From: Desulfatiglandales bacterium
GTDB taxonomy: Bacteria; Desulfobacterota; DSM-4660; Desulfatiglandales; Desulfatiglandaceae
Reading direction: 5' to 3'
DNA: 64,000 nt
Assembly: GCA_963662465.1 (NCBI GenBank)
Contig: OY759599.1
Span: 32,001-96,000, forward strand
This document shows positions 51,889-63,144 of this stretch, piece after piece. The first letter of the stretch is position 1. Every line of letters begins with the position of its first letter. The translations under genes and the position numbers were made by a program. The notes under the pieces are model-generated. The model worked only from the letters and a program-made list of their open reading frames with translations. It did not search any database and was not told the DNA's origin.

Positions 51889-52929
51889 ATGTTAATTAAA
51901 AAGAGAAAAATACCATTAAGAGAATTAGTTTTTCTCGGATTTTTGCCTTCTTTCTTAAAGGTTTGGCTGTATAGAAACAAAGGGTATCGGATCGGGAAGA
52001 ATGTTTCCCTGGGGCTGGGGAGTGTGATTATTGGAAAAAATGTAGAAATTAAAGACAATACGAAAATTGGCTTTCTGACCCTGATAAGGGCCGGCAAAAT
52101 TGCTATTGGAAGATACGTAACTATTGGTTCTTTTATCTATATTGATACTGAGGAACTCGAAATAGGAGAGGATTCTGAAATCCGCGAATATGTATATGTG
52201 GCGGGGCTGAAGACGCCAGAATCTAAACTCAAGCTCGGAAAGAGGTGCGGGATCTTTCAGTATTGTTTCCTGAATCCAACAAAACCGATTATTTTAGGTG
52301 ATGATTGTGGCATAGGTGGGTTGTCTAAACTTTTTACTCATGGATCTTTTCTGTCCAAACTTGAAGGTTATCCTGTCGCGTTTGCATCCATCACGCTTGG
52401 TAACAACGTCTGGATACCATGGGATGTGTTCATTCTGCCAGGTGTGACTATCGGTGACAATGTCGTGGTAGGGGCGGGATCGATTATTAACAGGGACATT
52501 CCATCCAATTGTATTGCTGCTGGTAATCCTGCCAAAGTTGTGAAAGAGAATTTTCCGACAGCTTTGTCTAATCAGGAAAAGAATGCGCTACTGATGGAAA
52601 TCTTTTCTGAGTTTGAAAGTCATATGAAGCACAACCATTTTCAATTGTCTAAGACTTCAATCCCGGATGGGTTTTCTGCTATTTTTAGAAATTCAGACAG
52701 GCATCAGCTCATTTTTGTGGAAAAGTATTCAAAACTTTCCAGAACACTAGCGGACAGTGTTTTAGTCCTGAATACAAGTGATCCGAGAGCTGAAAAAATA
52801 TATCAAAGTTCAAATGTTGCTATGATCATCTCAATACCGGAAAAGGAGCGAATCGGCACGTCCCTGATAGGGGAAGAGTTTTATAGGTTTTTGTCCAGGT
52901 ATGGCATTCGCTGTGACCGGTTGGATTGA
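51889..52929 (+). CDS. Hexapeptide-repeat acyltransferase
   Basis: Left-handed beta-helix repeats, LFTH, ILPGVTIG, GNPA. Confidence 0.85.
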   Translation: MLIKKRKIPLRELVFLGFLPSFLKVWLYRNKGYRIGKNVSLGLGSVIIGKNVEIKDNTKIGFLTLIRAGKIAIGRYVTIGSFIYIDTEELEIGEDSEIREYVYVAGLKTPESKLKLGKRCGIFQYCFLNPTKPIILGDDCGIGGLSKLFTHGSFLSKLEGYPVAFASITLGNNVWIPWDVFILPGVTIGDNVVVGAGSIINRDIPSNCIAAGNPAKVVKENFPTALSNQEKNALLMEIFSEFESHMKHNHFQLSKTSIPDGFSAIFRNSDRHQLIFVEKYSKLSRTLADSVLVLNTSDPRAEKIYQSSNVAMIISIPEKERIGTSLIGEEFYRFLSRYGIRCDRLD

Positions 52930-52930
52930 A

Positions 52931-53806
52931 ATGCTGGATTTTACGATCAAAGCATCCGAACATTTATTGAAAGCCCTGAAAGATCAGGGCTATTGTTTTT
53001 TAATTTTTCGGGAATTTGTTCAGGCTTCAGAAGAGAAAATGATCACTTTGAGGCACGATGTTGATCGCAAACCAAAGAATTCACTTGAAATTGCTCGGCT
53101 TGAAAAAAGTGTCGGCATAAGAGCCAGTTATTATTTCCGGGCTGTGCCTGAGAGCTATGATGAAGATATTATCAGAGAAGTAGAGGAAATGGGACATGAG
53201 ATCGGATATCATTATGAAACCATGGACACTTGTAGAGGCGATATTGCCAAAGCCTATGACGAGTTTTGTCGCAACCTGGAGAAATTTCGAAAAGTAGCCT
53301 CAATTGATACGATCTGCATGCATGGCAGTCCACTCTCAAAATGGGATAATCGTGATGTTTGGAAGAAATATGATTACAAAAAATTGGGCATCAAAGCTGA
53401 ACCTTTCCTTGATTTGGATTTTGATGAAGTGTTTTATCTGACGGATACGGGCAGGCGGTGGGACGGGGATCGGGTTTCGGTGAGGGATAAGGTTGGTGGG
53501 CAGAGGACAGAGGACGGAGGACTGAGGACAGAGGTCAGACGACAGATGACGGAAAACAGATCCCAGGTCTCAGGAATTGGGCATAAAGAACAGCCATTTC
53601 AGAATCTTCGGTTCCATTCCACATTTGATATTATAGAGGCGGCGGAAAAGGGGTTGTTGCCGGATAAAATGATGATTAATACACATCCGCAAAGGTGGAC
53701 TGATAACCCGGTGGCGTGGACGAAAGAGTTGGTTTGGCAGAATGTGAAGAATGTTGTGAAACGTATTGTTGTTCGTAGATTACGATCCGCAGATTACGCA
53801 GATTGA
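52931..53806 (+). CDS. Polysaccharide deacetylase-like protein with an in-frame heptamer insertion
   Basis: LRHDVD, GHEIGYHYE, CMHGSP, YLTDTGRRWDG, HPQRW. Confidence 0.8.
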   Translation: MLDFTIKASEHLLKALKDQGYCFLIFREFVQASEEKMITLRHDVDRKPKNSLEIARLEKSVGIRASYYFRAVPESYDEDIIREVEEMGHEIGYHYETMDTCRGDIAKAYDEFCRNLEKFRKVASIDTICMHGSPLSKWDNRDVWKKYDYKKLGIKAEPFLDLDFDEVFYLTDTGRRWDGDRVSVRDKVGGQRTEDGGLRTEVRRQMTENRSQVSGIGHKEQPFQNLRFHSTFDIIEAAEKGLLPDKMMINTHPQRWTDNPVAWTKELVWQNVKNVVKRIVVRRLRSADYAD

Positions 53807-53879
53807 CGCAGATTGGGGTTCTCGCGCAAAGACGCAGAGGCGCAAGGGCTAGAAGATCAGAAGGTCAGGGGTTTCTGGG

Positions 53880-54278
53880 ATGCAAATTGATTTTCATCAT
53901 ACTGTAACATATGTGGTAGCCAGGTTGGCGGGTTTTGGGCACAGAGAGGCTGAGGTCGTCTCTTACTGCGCCCAGTATGTGGACGATGCGACGAACACTG
54001 GCGAGATCATTTTTGAGAATGGCGCCATGTATGGCCGCATCTGTTCAGCGCACAAGGGTTTGGACTACCGGCACTTTGATGCTCTGGCCAGTCGCAGGGT
54101 GTGGGTGCCGTTTCATTTTCTGCCGGCAAATGGTGGTAAGAAGGCGGGGGAAAATCCGTATGGGACCTTCATTGATAAGTTGGTGTGTGGACCAGACAGT
54201 CATGTGCTGAGAGATATGGTGCGAATGTGCATTGAAAAGCGGGACGCTCTGTTTGGCTTGCATCGGCTGGGGATTTAA
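53880..54278 (+). pseudogene. DUF6765-like protein, probably C-terminally truncated
   Basis: MQIDFHH..TY..AR.AGF...QYVDD...VPFHF; ends at LHRLGI next to the array. Confidence 0.6.
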
Positions 54279-54288
54279 ATACAGTGAT

Positions 54289-56975
54289 GAGTTTTGGGTT
54301 TTGGGTTTTGAGTTAAAGGAAACGTCCTGATTATGGTTGATAGGAAGATCTTTAAAGGCAGTTTTGGGTTATGGGTTAGGGAACAGCAGTTTTGGGTTTT
54401 GGGTTTTGAGTTTTGAGTTAAAGGAAACGTCCTGATTATGGGTGATAGGAAGATCTTTAAAGGCAGTTTTGAGTTTTGGGTTAGGGAACAGCAGTTTTGG
54501 GTTTTGAGTTTTGGGTTTTGAGTTAAAGGAAACGTCCTGATTATGGGTGATAGGAAGATCTTTAAAGACAGTTTTGGGTTATGGGTTAGGGAACAGCAGT
54601 TTTGGGTTTTGGGTTTTGGGTTTTGAGTTAAAGGAAACGTCCTGATTATGGGTGATAGGAAGATCTTTAAAGGCAGTTTTGAGTTTTGGGTTAGGGAACA
54701 GCAGTTTTGGGTTTTGAGTTTTGGGTTTTGAGTTAAAGGAAACGTCCTGATTATGGGTGATAGGAAGATCTTTAAAGACAGTTTTGGGTTACGGGTTAGG
54801 GAACTGCAGTTTTGAGTTTTGAGTTTTGGGTTTTGAGTTAAAGGAAACGTCCTGATTATGGGTTATGGGAAGATCTTTAAAGGCAGTTTTGGGTTTTGGG
54901 TTAGGGAACAGCAGTTTTGGGTTTTGAGTTTTGAGTTTTGAGTTAAAGGAAACGTCCTGATTATGGGTGATAGGAAGATCTTTAAAGACAGTTTTGGGTT
55001 ATGGGTTAGGGAACTGCAGTTTTGAGTTTTGAGTTTTGGGTTTTGAGTTAAAGGAAACGTCCTGATTATGGGTTATGGGAAGATCTTTAAAGGCAGTTTT
55101 GGGTTTTGGGTTAGGGAACAGCAGTTTTGAGTTTTGGGTTTTGGGTTTTGAGTTAAAGGAAACGTCCTGATTATGGGTTATGGGAAGATCTTTAAAGGCA
55201 GTTTTGGGTTTTGGGTTAGGGAACAGCAGTTTTGGGTTTTGAGTTTTGAGTTTTGAGTTAAAGGAAACGTCCTGATTATGGGTGATAGGAAGATCTTTAA
55301 AGACAGTTTTGGGTTATGGGTTAGGGAACTGCAGTTTTGAGTTTTGAGTTTTGGGTTTTGAGTTAAAGGAAACGTCCTGATTATGGGTGATGGGAAGATC
55401 TTTAAAGACAGTTTTGGGTTATGGGTTAGGGAACAGCAGTTTTGGGTTTTGAGTTTTGGGTTTTGAGTTAAAGGAAACGTCCTGATTATGGTTGATAGGA
55501 AGATCTTTAAAGACAGTTTTGGGTTATGGGTTAGGGAACTGCAGTTTTGGGTTTTGAGTGTTGGGTTTTGAGTTAAAGGAAACGTCCTGATTATGGGTGA
55601 TGGGAAGATCTTTAAAGACAGTTTTGGGTTATGGGTTAGGGAACAGCAGTTTTGGGTTTTGAGTTTTGAGTTTTGAGTTAAAGGAAACGTCCTGATTATG
55701 GTTGATAGGAAGATCTTTAAAGGCAGTTTTGGGTTTTGGGTTAGGGAACAGCAGTTTTGAGTTTTGGGTTTTGAGTTAAAGGAAACGTCCTGATTATGGG
55801 TGATAGGAAGATCTTTAAAGACAGTTTTGGGTTATGGGTTAGGGAACAGCAGTTTTGGGTTTTGAGTTTTGAGTTTTGAGTTAAAGGAAACGTCCTGATT
55901 ATGGGTGATGGGAAGATCTTTAAAGACAGTTTTGGGTTATGGGTTAGGGAACAGCAGTTTTGGGTTTTGAGTTTTGGGTTTTGAGTTAAAGGAAACGTCC
56001 TGATTATGGGTGATAGGGAGATCTTTAAAGGCAGTTTTGGGTTATGGGTTAGGGAACAGCAGTTTTGGGTTTTGAGTTTTGGGTTATGAGTTAAAGGAAA
56101 CGTCCTGATTATGGGTGATGGGAAGATCTTTAAAGACAGTTTTGGGTTATGGGTTAGGGAACAGCAGTTTTGGGTTTTGAGTTTTGAGTTTTGAGTTAAA
56201 GGAAACGTCCTGATTATGGGCGATGGGAAGATCTTTAAAGACAGTTTTGGGTTATGGGTTAGGGAACAGCAGTTTTGGGTTTTGAGTTTTGGGTTTTGAG
56301 TTAAAGGAAACGTCCTGATTATGGGTGATGGGAAGATCTTTAAAGACAGTTTTGGGTTATGGGTTAGGGAACTGCAGTTTTGGGTTTTGGGTTTTGGGTT
56401 TTGAGTTAAAGGAAACGTCCTGATTATGGGTGATGGGAAGATCTTTAAAGACAGTTTTGGGTTATGGGTTAGGGAACAGCAGTTTTGGGTTTTGAGTTTT
56501 GAGTTTTGAGTTAAAGGAAACGTCCTGATTATGGGTGATGGGAAGATCTTTAAAGACAGTTTTGGGTTATGGGTTAGGGAACAGCAGTTTTGGGTTTTGA
56601 GTTTTGAGTTAAAGGAAACGTCCTGATTATGGTTGATAGGAAGATCTTTAAAGACAGTTTTGGGTTTTGGGTTAGGGAACTGCAGTTTTGGGTTTTGAGT
56701 TTTGAGTTTTGAGTTAAAGGAAACGTCCTGATTATGGGTGATGGGAAGATCTTTAAAGACAGTTTTGGGTTATGGGTTAGGGAACAGCAGTTTTGGGTTT
56801 TGAGTTTTGGGTTTTGAGTTAAAGGAAACGTCCTGATTATGGGTGATGGGAAGATCTTTAAAGACAGTTTTGGGTTATGGGTTAGGGAACTGCAGTTTTG
56901 GGTTTTGGGTTTTGGGTTTTGAGTTAAAGGAAACGTCCTGATTATGGGTGATGGGAAGATCTTTAAAGACAGTTT
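54289..56975 (+). repeat. Tandem array of 26 units of 105 bp (two units 98 bp), G/T-rich and non-coding
   Basis: AAGGAAACGTCC recurs at 54316, 54421 ... 56927; each unit equals 15 heptads. Confidence 0.97.
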
Positions 56976-58994
56976 CCCCCTGTGTCAGGATAGATGTCGC
57001 CTCAATTGAAAAATCAAAACCGGGGGCATTGAGGTGATTTTATGGTATACCCGATTAAAATGAAAGAGGCAGTGATAAAAAAAGTGCAGATGGGTGGAAA
57101 ACCTCATTATGAAATAGCAAGTGAAGCCGGCATCGCTCAGTCCACCTTGACTTACTGGCTCAAAAACCACAAAAAAGACGGGAACAAGAATTTGACTGAA
57201 AAAGAAAAACGCCCCCAAGACTGGACTGTAGAGCAACGACTGAATGCTTTAATGGAAACAGGTGCCATGCCGGAAGGGGAACGTGCTTCCTGGTGCCGTA
57301 AAAGAGGGGTCTTTTCTCACCACCTTGAACAGTGGAAAAAAGACATCCTCTCCTTGTCAACCCCAAACAACTCCGCCCTTAAATTCAAAGGGACTGCCCG
57401 GTTAAAGAAGGAGAATGCCGCTCTGAAAAAAGAGTTGAACCGTAAGGATAAAGCACTTGCCGAGACGGCAGCCTTGCTGGTTCTTAAAAAAAAGCGGACT
57501 TTATCTGGGGGGATCCCAGGGACGATTGATCAGTGAAGGCGACAAAAAGGAAGCCTTGGCTCTGATCCAGGAGGCATGCAAGGCCGGGGCACGTAAGCAT
57601 CTTGCAGCAGAGCTTCTGGGGCTGCCGCTTCGGACGGTACAACGCTGGGAAACGCATGGCATTAATGATCACCGTAAAGGCTCCCGGGCTGTGCCCGGCA
57701 ACAAGATATCCCAAAAAGAGAGGGAAAAAATCATGGATGTGCTGACATCATTGGAATTTGGGGATTTTAACCCCCATCAAATTGTTCCCAAACTTGCGGA
57801 TCAAGGTATCTACCTGGGGTCGGAAGCCACCATGTACAGGATTTTGAGAAAGCAGAAAATGAACAAACACCGCCTCTCAAGCCAGGCAGGGGCCCGAAAA
57901 CGCCCGGAGGCGTACATTGCCACAGGCCCCAATCAGGTATGGTCCTGGGATATAACATATTTGCCGGCCCGGGTAAAAGGTCGTTTTTTCTACCTTTATA
58001 TGATTATGGATGTCTACAGCCGTAAAGCAGTGGGATACCAGGTCTATGATTGTGAATCCGGAGAACTTGCAGCAGCTCTGATTACAGACACCTGTAATCA
58101 GGAAAAAATACAAGAGGATCAGTTAGTTCTGCACTCTGATAACGGCGGGCCAATGAAAGCCTTTACCATGCTTGCAAAACTGGAATCCCTGGGGGTAGTG
58201 CCGTCATTCAGCCGCCCCAGGATCAGCAATGACAACCCCTATTCTGAGTCGTTGTTCCGAACCATGAAATATCGTCCGGAATACCCTGAGCATCCCTTTG
58301 AAGACCTGAAGAATGCTCGGGAGTGGACAGAAAAATTCTCCCAATGGTATAACAATGAACACCTTCATAGCGGTATTTGCTTTGTAACTCCTACAGACCG
58401 ACATGAGCGAAAAGATATTGAAATCCTTGAAAAACGTCATCATTTCTACCAAGAGGCAAAGAGTTGTCATCCGGAACGCTGGACTGGGGCAACAAGAAAC
58501 TGGGAGCACATTGGTGAAGTGGCGTTAAACAGGAGGAACAAACCAGGAAAAAACGACCGAAGACGGGAAAAAGGCGGCACTACCCCAGCGCCCGTACCTG
58601 TGTTATTAATTTCGTTATCCTGACGGTTTTTACCGAATTGAGGTGACCGGAAAGGGAGGTTTAATGAGCCTTATCGCATGCCTAAACTCATTGTGGTTAT
58701 TTGCTAAACTATTGATATTGTATCAAATAGTTTCTCTTTTTTCCCAAACTGCCCTATAGGTTTACAGATTAACAGGTGACAATTGATGGTTACCTCAATC
58801 CGCAAAATTCCGTCAGAATATCGTGGCGATGAACACCTGCAAACCAACAGAGTTGATTTTGCCTATGGAGGAGCAAAAAATTCTCATGGCCGAGAATGGG
58901 CCTCTAAAAAAGCTCGTCGGAGGCCATGAGAATTTTTTACGGGTATCGCGATAATTTTTACAAGTTTAGGTGACAACTTGCTTGACATCTACCG
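56976..58994 (+). mobile_element. IS3-family element
   Basis: Subterminal IRs TGTCAGGATAGATGTCGCCT / AGGTGACAACTTGCTTGACA; GTTT duplication at 56972-56975 and 58995-58998. Confidence 0.88.
57042..58623 (+). CDS. IS3-family transposase OrfA/OrfB with a -1 programmed frameshift
   Basis: OrfA ends LLVLKKK at an A8G run (~57485); OrfB has WSWDITYL, LHSDNG, NDNPYSESLF. Confidence 0.92.
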
Positions 58995-59018
58995 GTTTTG
59001 GGTTATGGGTTTTGAGTT

Positions 59019-59414
59019 TTGGGTGAAAACCAGAAGAAAATTGACGAAAGGACTTTTGATTTTGCTTTGTTGGTGGTTGATGCTTACAGGTTTTTGCTGC
59101 ACAAAAAAGAGTTTGTCTTATCCAAGCAATTTTTGAGAGCAGGCACTTCAATAGGTGCCAATGTCACAGAGGCACAGGCGGCTCAGAGTAGAAATGACTT
59201 TATTTCAAAGATGTCCATTGCTTCAAAAGAGGCAAGGGAGACGGATTATTGGGTTCGGCTTCTCAGGAAATCCGGGTATTTTAAAGGGTATGAAAAATTG
59301 GGTATTTTGGAGAAAGATATTTCAAGTATCATGAGGATCTTGACGAGTATCGTAAAAACCACTCGGGAAAATCACCCAAAACCCAACACTCAAAACCCAA
59401 AACCGCTAAAATGA
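59019..59414 (+). CDS. Four-helix-bundle protein (23S-IVP/bAvd-like family)
   Basis: KQFLRAGTSIGANVTEA..AQS..DFISK.SIA.KEA.ET.YW. Confidence 0.92.
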   Translation: MGENQKKIDERTFDFALLVVDAYRFLLHKKEFVLSKQFLRAGTSIGANVTEAQAAQSRNDFISKMSIASKEARETDYWVRLLRKSGYFKGYEKLGILEKDISSIMRILTSIVKTTRENHPKPNTQNPKPLK

Positions 59415-59507
59415 GGTGTTGTATTCATTTAAGCTGGCTCCCAAATCCAAAACGCGGGCCATACCCTCTATGGTGCCGGGATTTGCAAACAAAAAATACT
59501 TTTGCAT
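59406..59507 (-). pseudogene. Small protein, apparently truncated at the cassette arm
   Basis: AGGAG RBS; MQKYFLFANPGTIEGMARVLDLGASLNEYNTSF*. Confidence 0.45.
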
Positions 59508-59861
59508 AGAAAATCTCCTTTAATGGCACCAGTATAACAACGCAATTTCTCAGAAATCAAGCAGAAATCTACGATTACCAAAAAAAACAGCAGAGGATCA
59601 AAAAAAGTTCTTCAGAAGGAAAATCGGGGTCTGGCTTTCCTTGTTATCGTTTTGGGTGAAAAGGAGATCGATGAATAGGCTTTTGATTTTTCCTTTTTCT
59701 CACCACAAGACACAGAGTTCACTGAGAAAAAATGGAGAGGCGCTTTGATCGCTTCGTCTCTTAGCCTGTTTGCTGCCGATTGCTTGAGGGGGTTGGGAGG
59801 TTGTGGAATGGGGGACGCTGTCCCCGAATTTTGTTTTTCGCGCAAAGACGCAGAGGCGCAG

Positions 59862-59920
59862 GGACCTGGGGGACGTCCATTTGTAATTCAGTAACTCGAT
59901 ATTTTGGCACCCCGGTTAAA
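59862..59920 (+). repeat. ~58-bp dispersed repeat GGACCTGGGGGACGTCCATTTGTAATTCAGTAACTCGATATTTTGGCACCCC
   Basis: Further copies at ~61969, ~63163 (partial) and ~63204. Confidence 0.9.
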
Positions 59921-60022
59921 CCCCAGTGGGGGAAGCGCCCTTAACTTTTTAACTTTAGTTTGGGTTCTCGCGCGGAGGCGCTGAGACGCAAAGAAGAGAG
60001 GAAAAAAAGGTGAGAGGGTTAG

Positions 60023-60245
60023 CAGAGGTCGGATGTCGGAGGTCGGAGGACTGAGGTCGGAGGTCGGAGGTCGGAGGTCGGAGGTCGGAGGTCGGAGGGC
60101 GGATGTCGGATGTCGGAGGTCGGAGGTCGGAGGTCGGAGGACGGAGGACGGAGATCGGAGGACGGAGATCGGGAAAAGACAGAGGTCGGATGTCAGAGGT
60201 CGGAGGTCGGATGTCGGAGGTCGGAGGACGGAAGGCGGAGGACTG
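60023..60245 (+). repeat. G-rich heptamer tract (GAGGTCG/GAGGACG/GATGTCG)
   Basis: About 30 heptads; related tracts at 53500, 61663, 63390 and 63610; inverted form at 21583. Confidence 0.92.
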
Positions 60246-60481
60246 ATCGCAGGTCTCAGGAATTGGGCATAAAAACAGCCATTTCAGAATCTTCGGTTTC
60301 ATTCCACGTTTGATATTGTTGAGAAATAGGGGACGCTGGCAACTTTGTAAACTTATTCAGGGCGGTGGTCCACATACCGAAGGAATAGGCTACACTGAAG
60401 CACAAAAGGGTTTTTTGCTTGACGGCGGGGTGTTGGTACTTGGTCGTTGCCATTTGATAAGATTTTGGTTATTATCGGATT

Positions 60482-61481
60482 ATGAGTAATGAAATCGGAT
60501 CAGCGCACAATAATCTGTTCCAGAACATCCTTGGCCGTGAAGATATGGCCAGGGATTTTGTCCGGTATTATATGCCGGCGGAAATCGTCGGCGATCTGGA
60601 CCTGGATACTTTGGAAGTGGCCTCTGAATCGTATATCAGTGATGATCTCAAAGAGAGCCTTTCCGATATCGTACTCAGCCTCCAGCTCAAGGATGGGGAC
60701 CCGGCTGAAATATACATTCTTATGGAACACAAAAGCGGGTTGCACAGAGGCACGCGGCTGCAACTTTTGAATTATATGAACGCCAAATGGCATGAGCTGG
60801 ACAAGGCCGGAGAGTTTCGGGGATCACTGGCTGTTATCATTCCCGTGGTTTTCTACCATGGCAAGAAAAAATGGAGATACAGCCTGGAATTCTCGGACCA
60901 GTTCAATCTGCCTGGAGAGCATTATAGGAGATATGTCCCCAAATTCGAACATATTTTGCATGAAGTTCCGGAGATCAATAAGCGCAAGATCAAATCCACC
61001 ATCGCTCTTGAACATTCATGTGGTGCTGGAGTGTATTTTCTACCCGGAGAAACGGGAGCGAATTTATGAATCCCTTGAGTTGTTGTTTCAGGGGTTAAAC
61101 ACGGATAAGGCCGGCGAGCTGTTTTATGTGTTTGTCAAATACCTGCTTTCCGCCACCGATGTAAACCCCAGAGAGGTGGAAAAGAGGGTAAAACATCTTC
61201 CAAAAGGAGAAGAGACCGTGCGTACTACAGCAGAAGTTTTGAGGAAAGAAGGCTATGACAGTGGAGTGGTTTTCGGCGAACAACATGGCAAGCTTGAAAC
61301 CGCTCAGGAAATGCTCATAGACGTCGCCGGTGAACGATATGGACTTTTGCCTTCCGTACTGGAAGCGAAAATCAAATCCATTAAGTCCATCACGACTTTG
61401 AAAAATTTGGCAAGACAAGTCGTTAAGCTGGACAGGATGGAGGGTTTTGAAAGGCTCGTCAACAAGGCTGTGGATCATTGA
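60482..61481 (+). pseudogene. Rpn/YhgA-like recombination-promoting nuclease, frameshifted near 61010
   Basis: H..LF...L, L...LSDI, YIL.EHKS, IPVVFYHG..W; the C-terminus is in another frame. Confidence 0.85.
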
Positions 61482-62329
61482 TGCCAACTGAACCTCCAAA
61501 CCCCACCCAAAACATAGTACCCCTTCCTTTCCCTTTACCTATTTTAGCCCAAAGCCATTTTGGGCAAGCTGTTCCAATTATCTACTCACCTTGGCCTTGA
61601 GCTTACTCGTAATGGAATAGGACGTTGTTCCGTAATTCCGTTTTTTGCCCACGAATCACACTGAGGACAGAGGACGGAGGACGGAGGTCGGAGGGCGGCG
61701 TGGACGTAGGGAACGTAGTCAACTTGTAAACTTACTGATTGAGAAAAACCATTTTCAGGTGATGGGTGATTGTGTTGCGTGAAAACCCGCGTCTCCCGCG
61801 TGGCCCCTGCTTAGGGACGAGACAAGCAGGCTGGGGCTTGGGTACAGGACGAAAATCCTTTACACAAAATCGATTAATTGTTTATGACCCAGACCTCGTT
61901 ATTTGATCTAACAAGCACCGTTTTTTGGACACCATCCTCGTCATATCAGCTGTATGGAGGCAAATTGTGGACCTGGGGGACGTCCATTTGTAATTCAGTA
62001 ACTCGATATTTTGGCACCCCGGTTAAATGCGTTCCACTCGTCACTGGCGTGAATTTAACGGGGCAGGCGCATTTCACAGATGGCACAGATTAATTGTTTC
62101 GCGCCCAGTGAAACAACTGCAACGAAGGTTTCACAAGGCAGGCAGAGGCGCAAAGATAGAAGCTGAAAACTCAAAGGGGAAAGGACAGGGGGCAAAACTG
62201 CGGGATGGATGGATAAGTAGGGTTTTCACAGTAAGGCGGCAAAGCCGCAGTTTTGGGTTTTGGGTTTTCAGTCATTAAACTTCTTGTTTTTTGGGAAAGA
62301 AGACCAGGTACTATAGCAGCGATTATGGC

Positions 62330-62357
62330 TTGACTTTACACCATAAAGGTGTAAAAT
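62330..62357 (+). promoter_or_regulatory. mqsRA promoter with an overlapping palindromic operator
   Basis: TTGACT...TAAAAT overlapping TTTACACC-N5-GGTGTAAA. Confidence 0.65.
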
Positions 62358-62366
62358 GGATAAAGA

Positions 62367-62684
62367 ATGACAGAAAAACGAAAACCAACATACGATATAG
62401 AAGCTTTCAAAACAGCTTTTGCCAATATGGAGAGACTTTCCGCCACGGGCACAGCGCTACGAAGCGCCGCCGCATTGGGATTCGGACGCGCGGAGATCGT
62501 GGCGACGATCCAGTCAATGCAGCGAGGGCACTTTTACAAGTCTATGACCGCTTATGCCAATCATCGACTTTGGCAGGACGTCTACCACGTCCCTTCACCG
62601 GCCGGCGAGTTGTATGTTAAGTTCACCGCCGATACCGTTACAGAGTTTTTGTTGCTATCGTTTAAGGAGAAAGACGATGACTAA
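62367..62684 (+). CDS. mqsR: MqsR toxin
   Basis: EKRKPTY, FYKSMT....H..WQDVY, LLSFKEK. Confidence 0.92.
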   Translation: MTEKRKPTYDIEAFKTAFANMERLSATGTALRSAAALGFGRAEIVATIQSMQRGHFYKSMTAYANHRLWQDVYHVPSPAGELYVKFTADTVTEFLLLSFKEKDDD

Positions 62685-63144
62685 TCCCATTTGTCCGGAA
62701 ACGGGTGCTCCGATGCACCGCGGCGTGCAACCGATAACCATCAGGTACAAGAGCGAGACGATCACTTTCGATATGCCGGGGTGGTACTGCGACCAGTCTG
62801 ATGAGAGCATTCATACCGGCAAGGACATGAAGGTATCCGACCGAATGTTAAATCGCCTTAAAGCCCTTAGCGAAGGGCTGCTTGAACCGGAGGAAATTCG
62901 TCGTATCCGCAAGAAGATTGATCTTACGCAGGAAGTCGCGGGGCGGGTAATCGGTGGTGGCCCGCGTGCCTTCCAAAAATACGAAAGCGGAGACCTGTTG
63001 CCGAGTCGGGCCATCAGTAGCGCCTTGACTTTGCTTGATCATTACCCCGAGGCGTTGGCCGTGCTTAAAGCAGGGCGCGGTATTGAAGAGCCCCTGCCTT
63101 ACAAAACGACGGACCACGGCCATAACCAGAGCGCCGCTTTTTGA
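62677..63144 (+). CDS. mqsA: MqsA antitoxin
   Basis: IRRIRKK..LTQ..A....GGG..AF.KYE.G; degenerate zinc ribbon (CPETG...CDQS). Confidence 0.9.
   Translation: MTNPICPETGAPMHRGVQPITIRYKSETITFDMPGWYCDQSDESIHTGKDMKVSDRMLNRLKALSEGLLEPEEIRRIRKKIDLTQEVAGRVIGGGPRAFQKYESGDLLPSRAISSALTLLDHYPEALAVLKAGRGIEEPLPYKTTDHGHNQSAAF

Noticed and set aside
54289..56975. CRISPR array or telomere
   Set aside because: There are no unique spacers, since whole units repeat, and no cas genes. TTAGGG occurs only once per unit and the array is internal.
59019..59414. 23S rRNA intervening sequence
   Set aside because: No rRNA sequence flanks the gene, and no rRNA or tRNA was recognised in the window.
59955..60313. ORFs translating heptamer tracts (also 63339-63700 and 21576-21872)
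   Set aside because: They are low-complexity products of 7-nt periodicity that stay open in several frames.
61745..61880. Possible structured RNA or IS end
   Set aside because: It has GC-rich hairpin potential, but I could not identify a family or a partner end.
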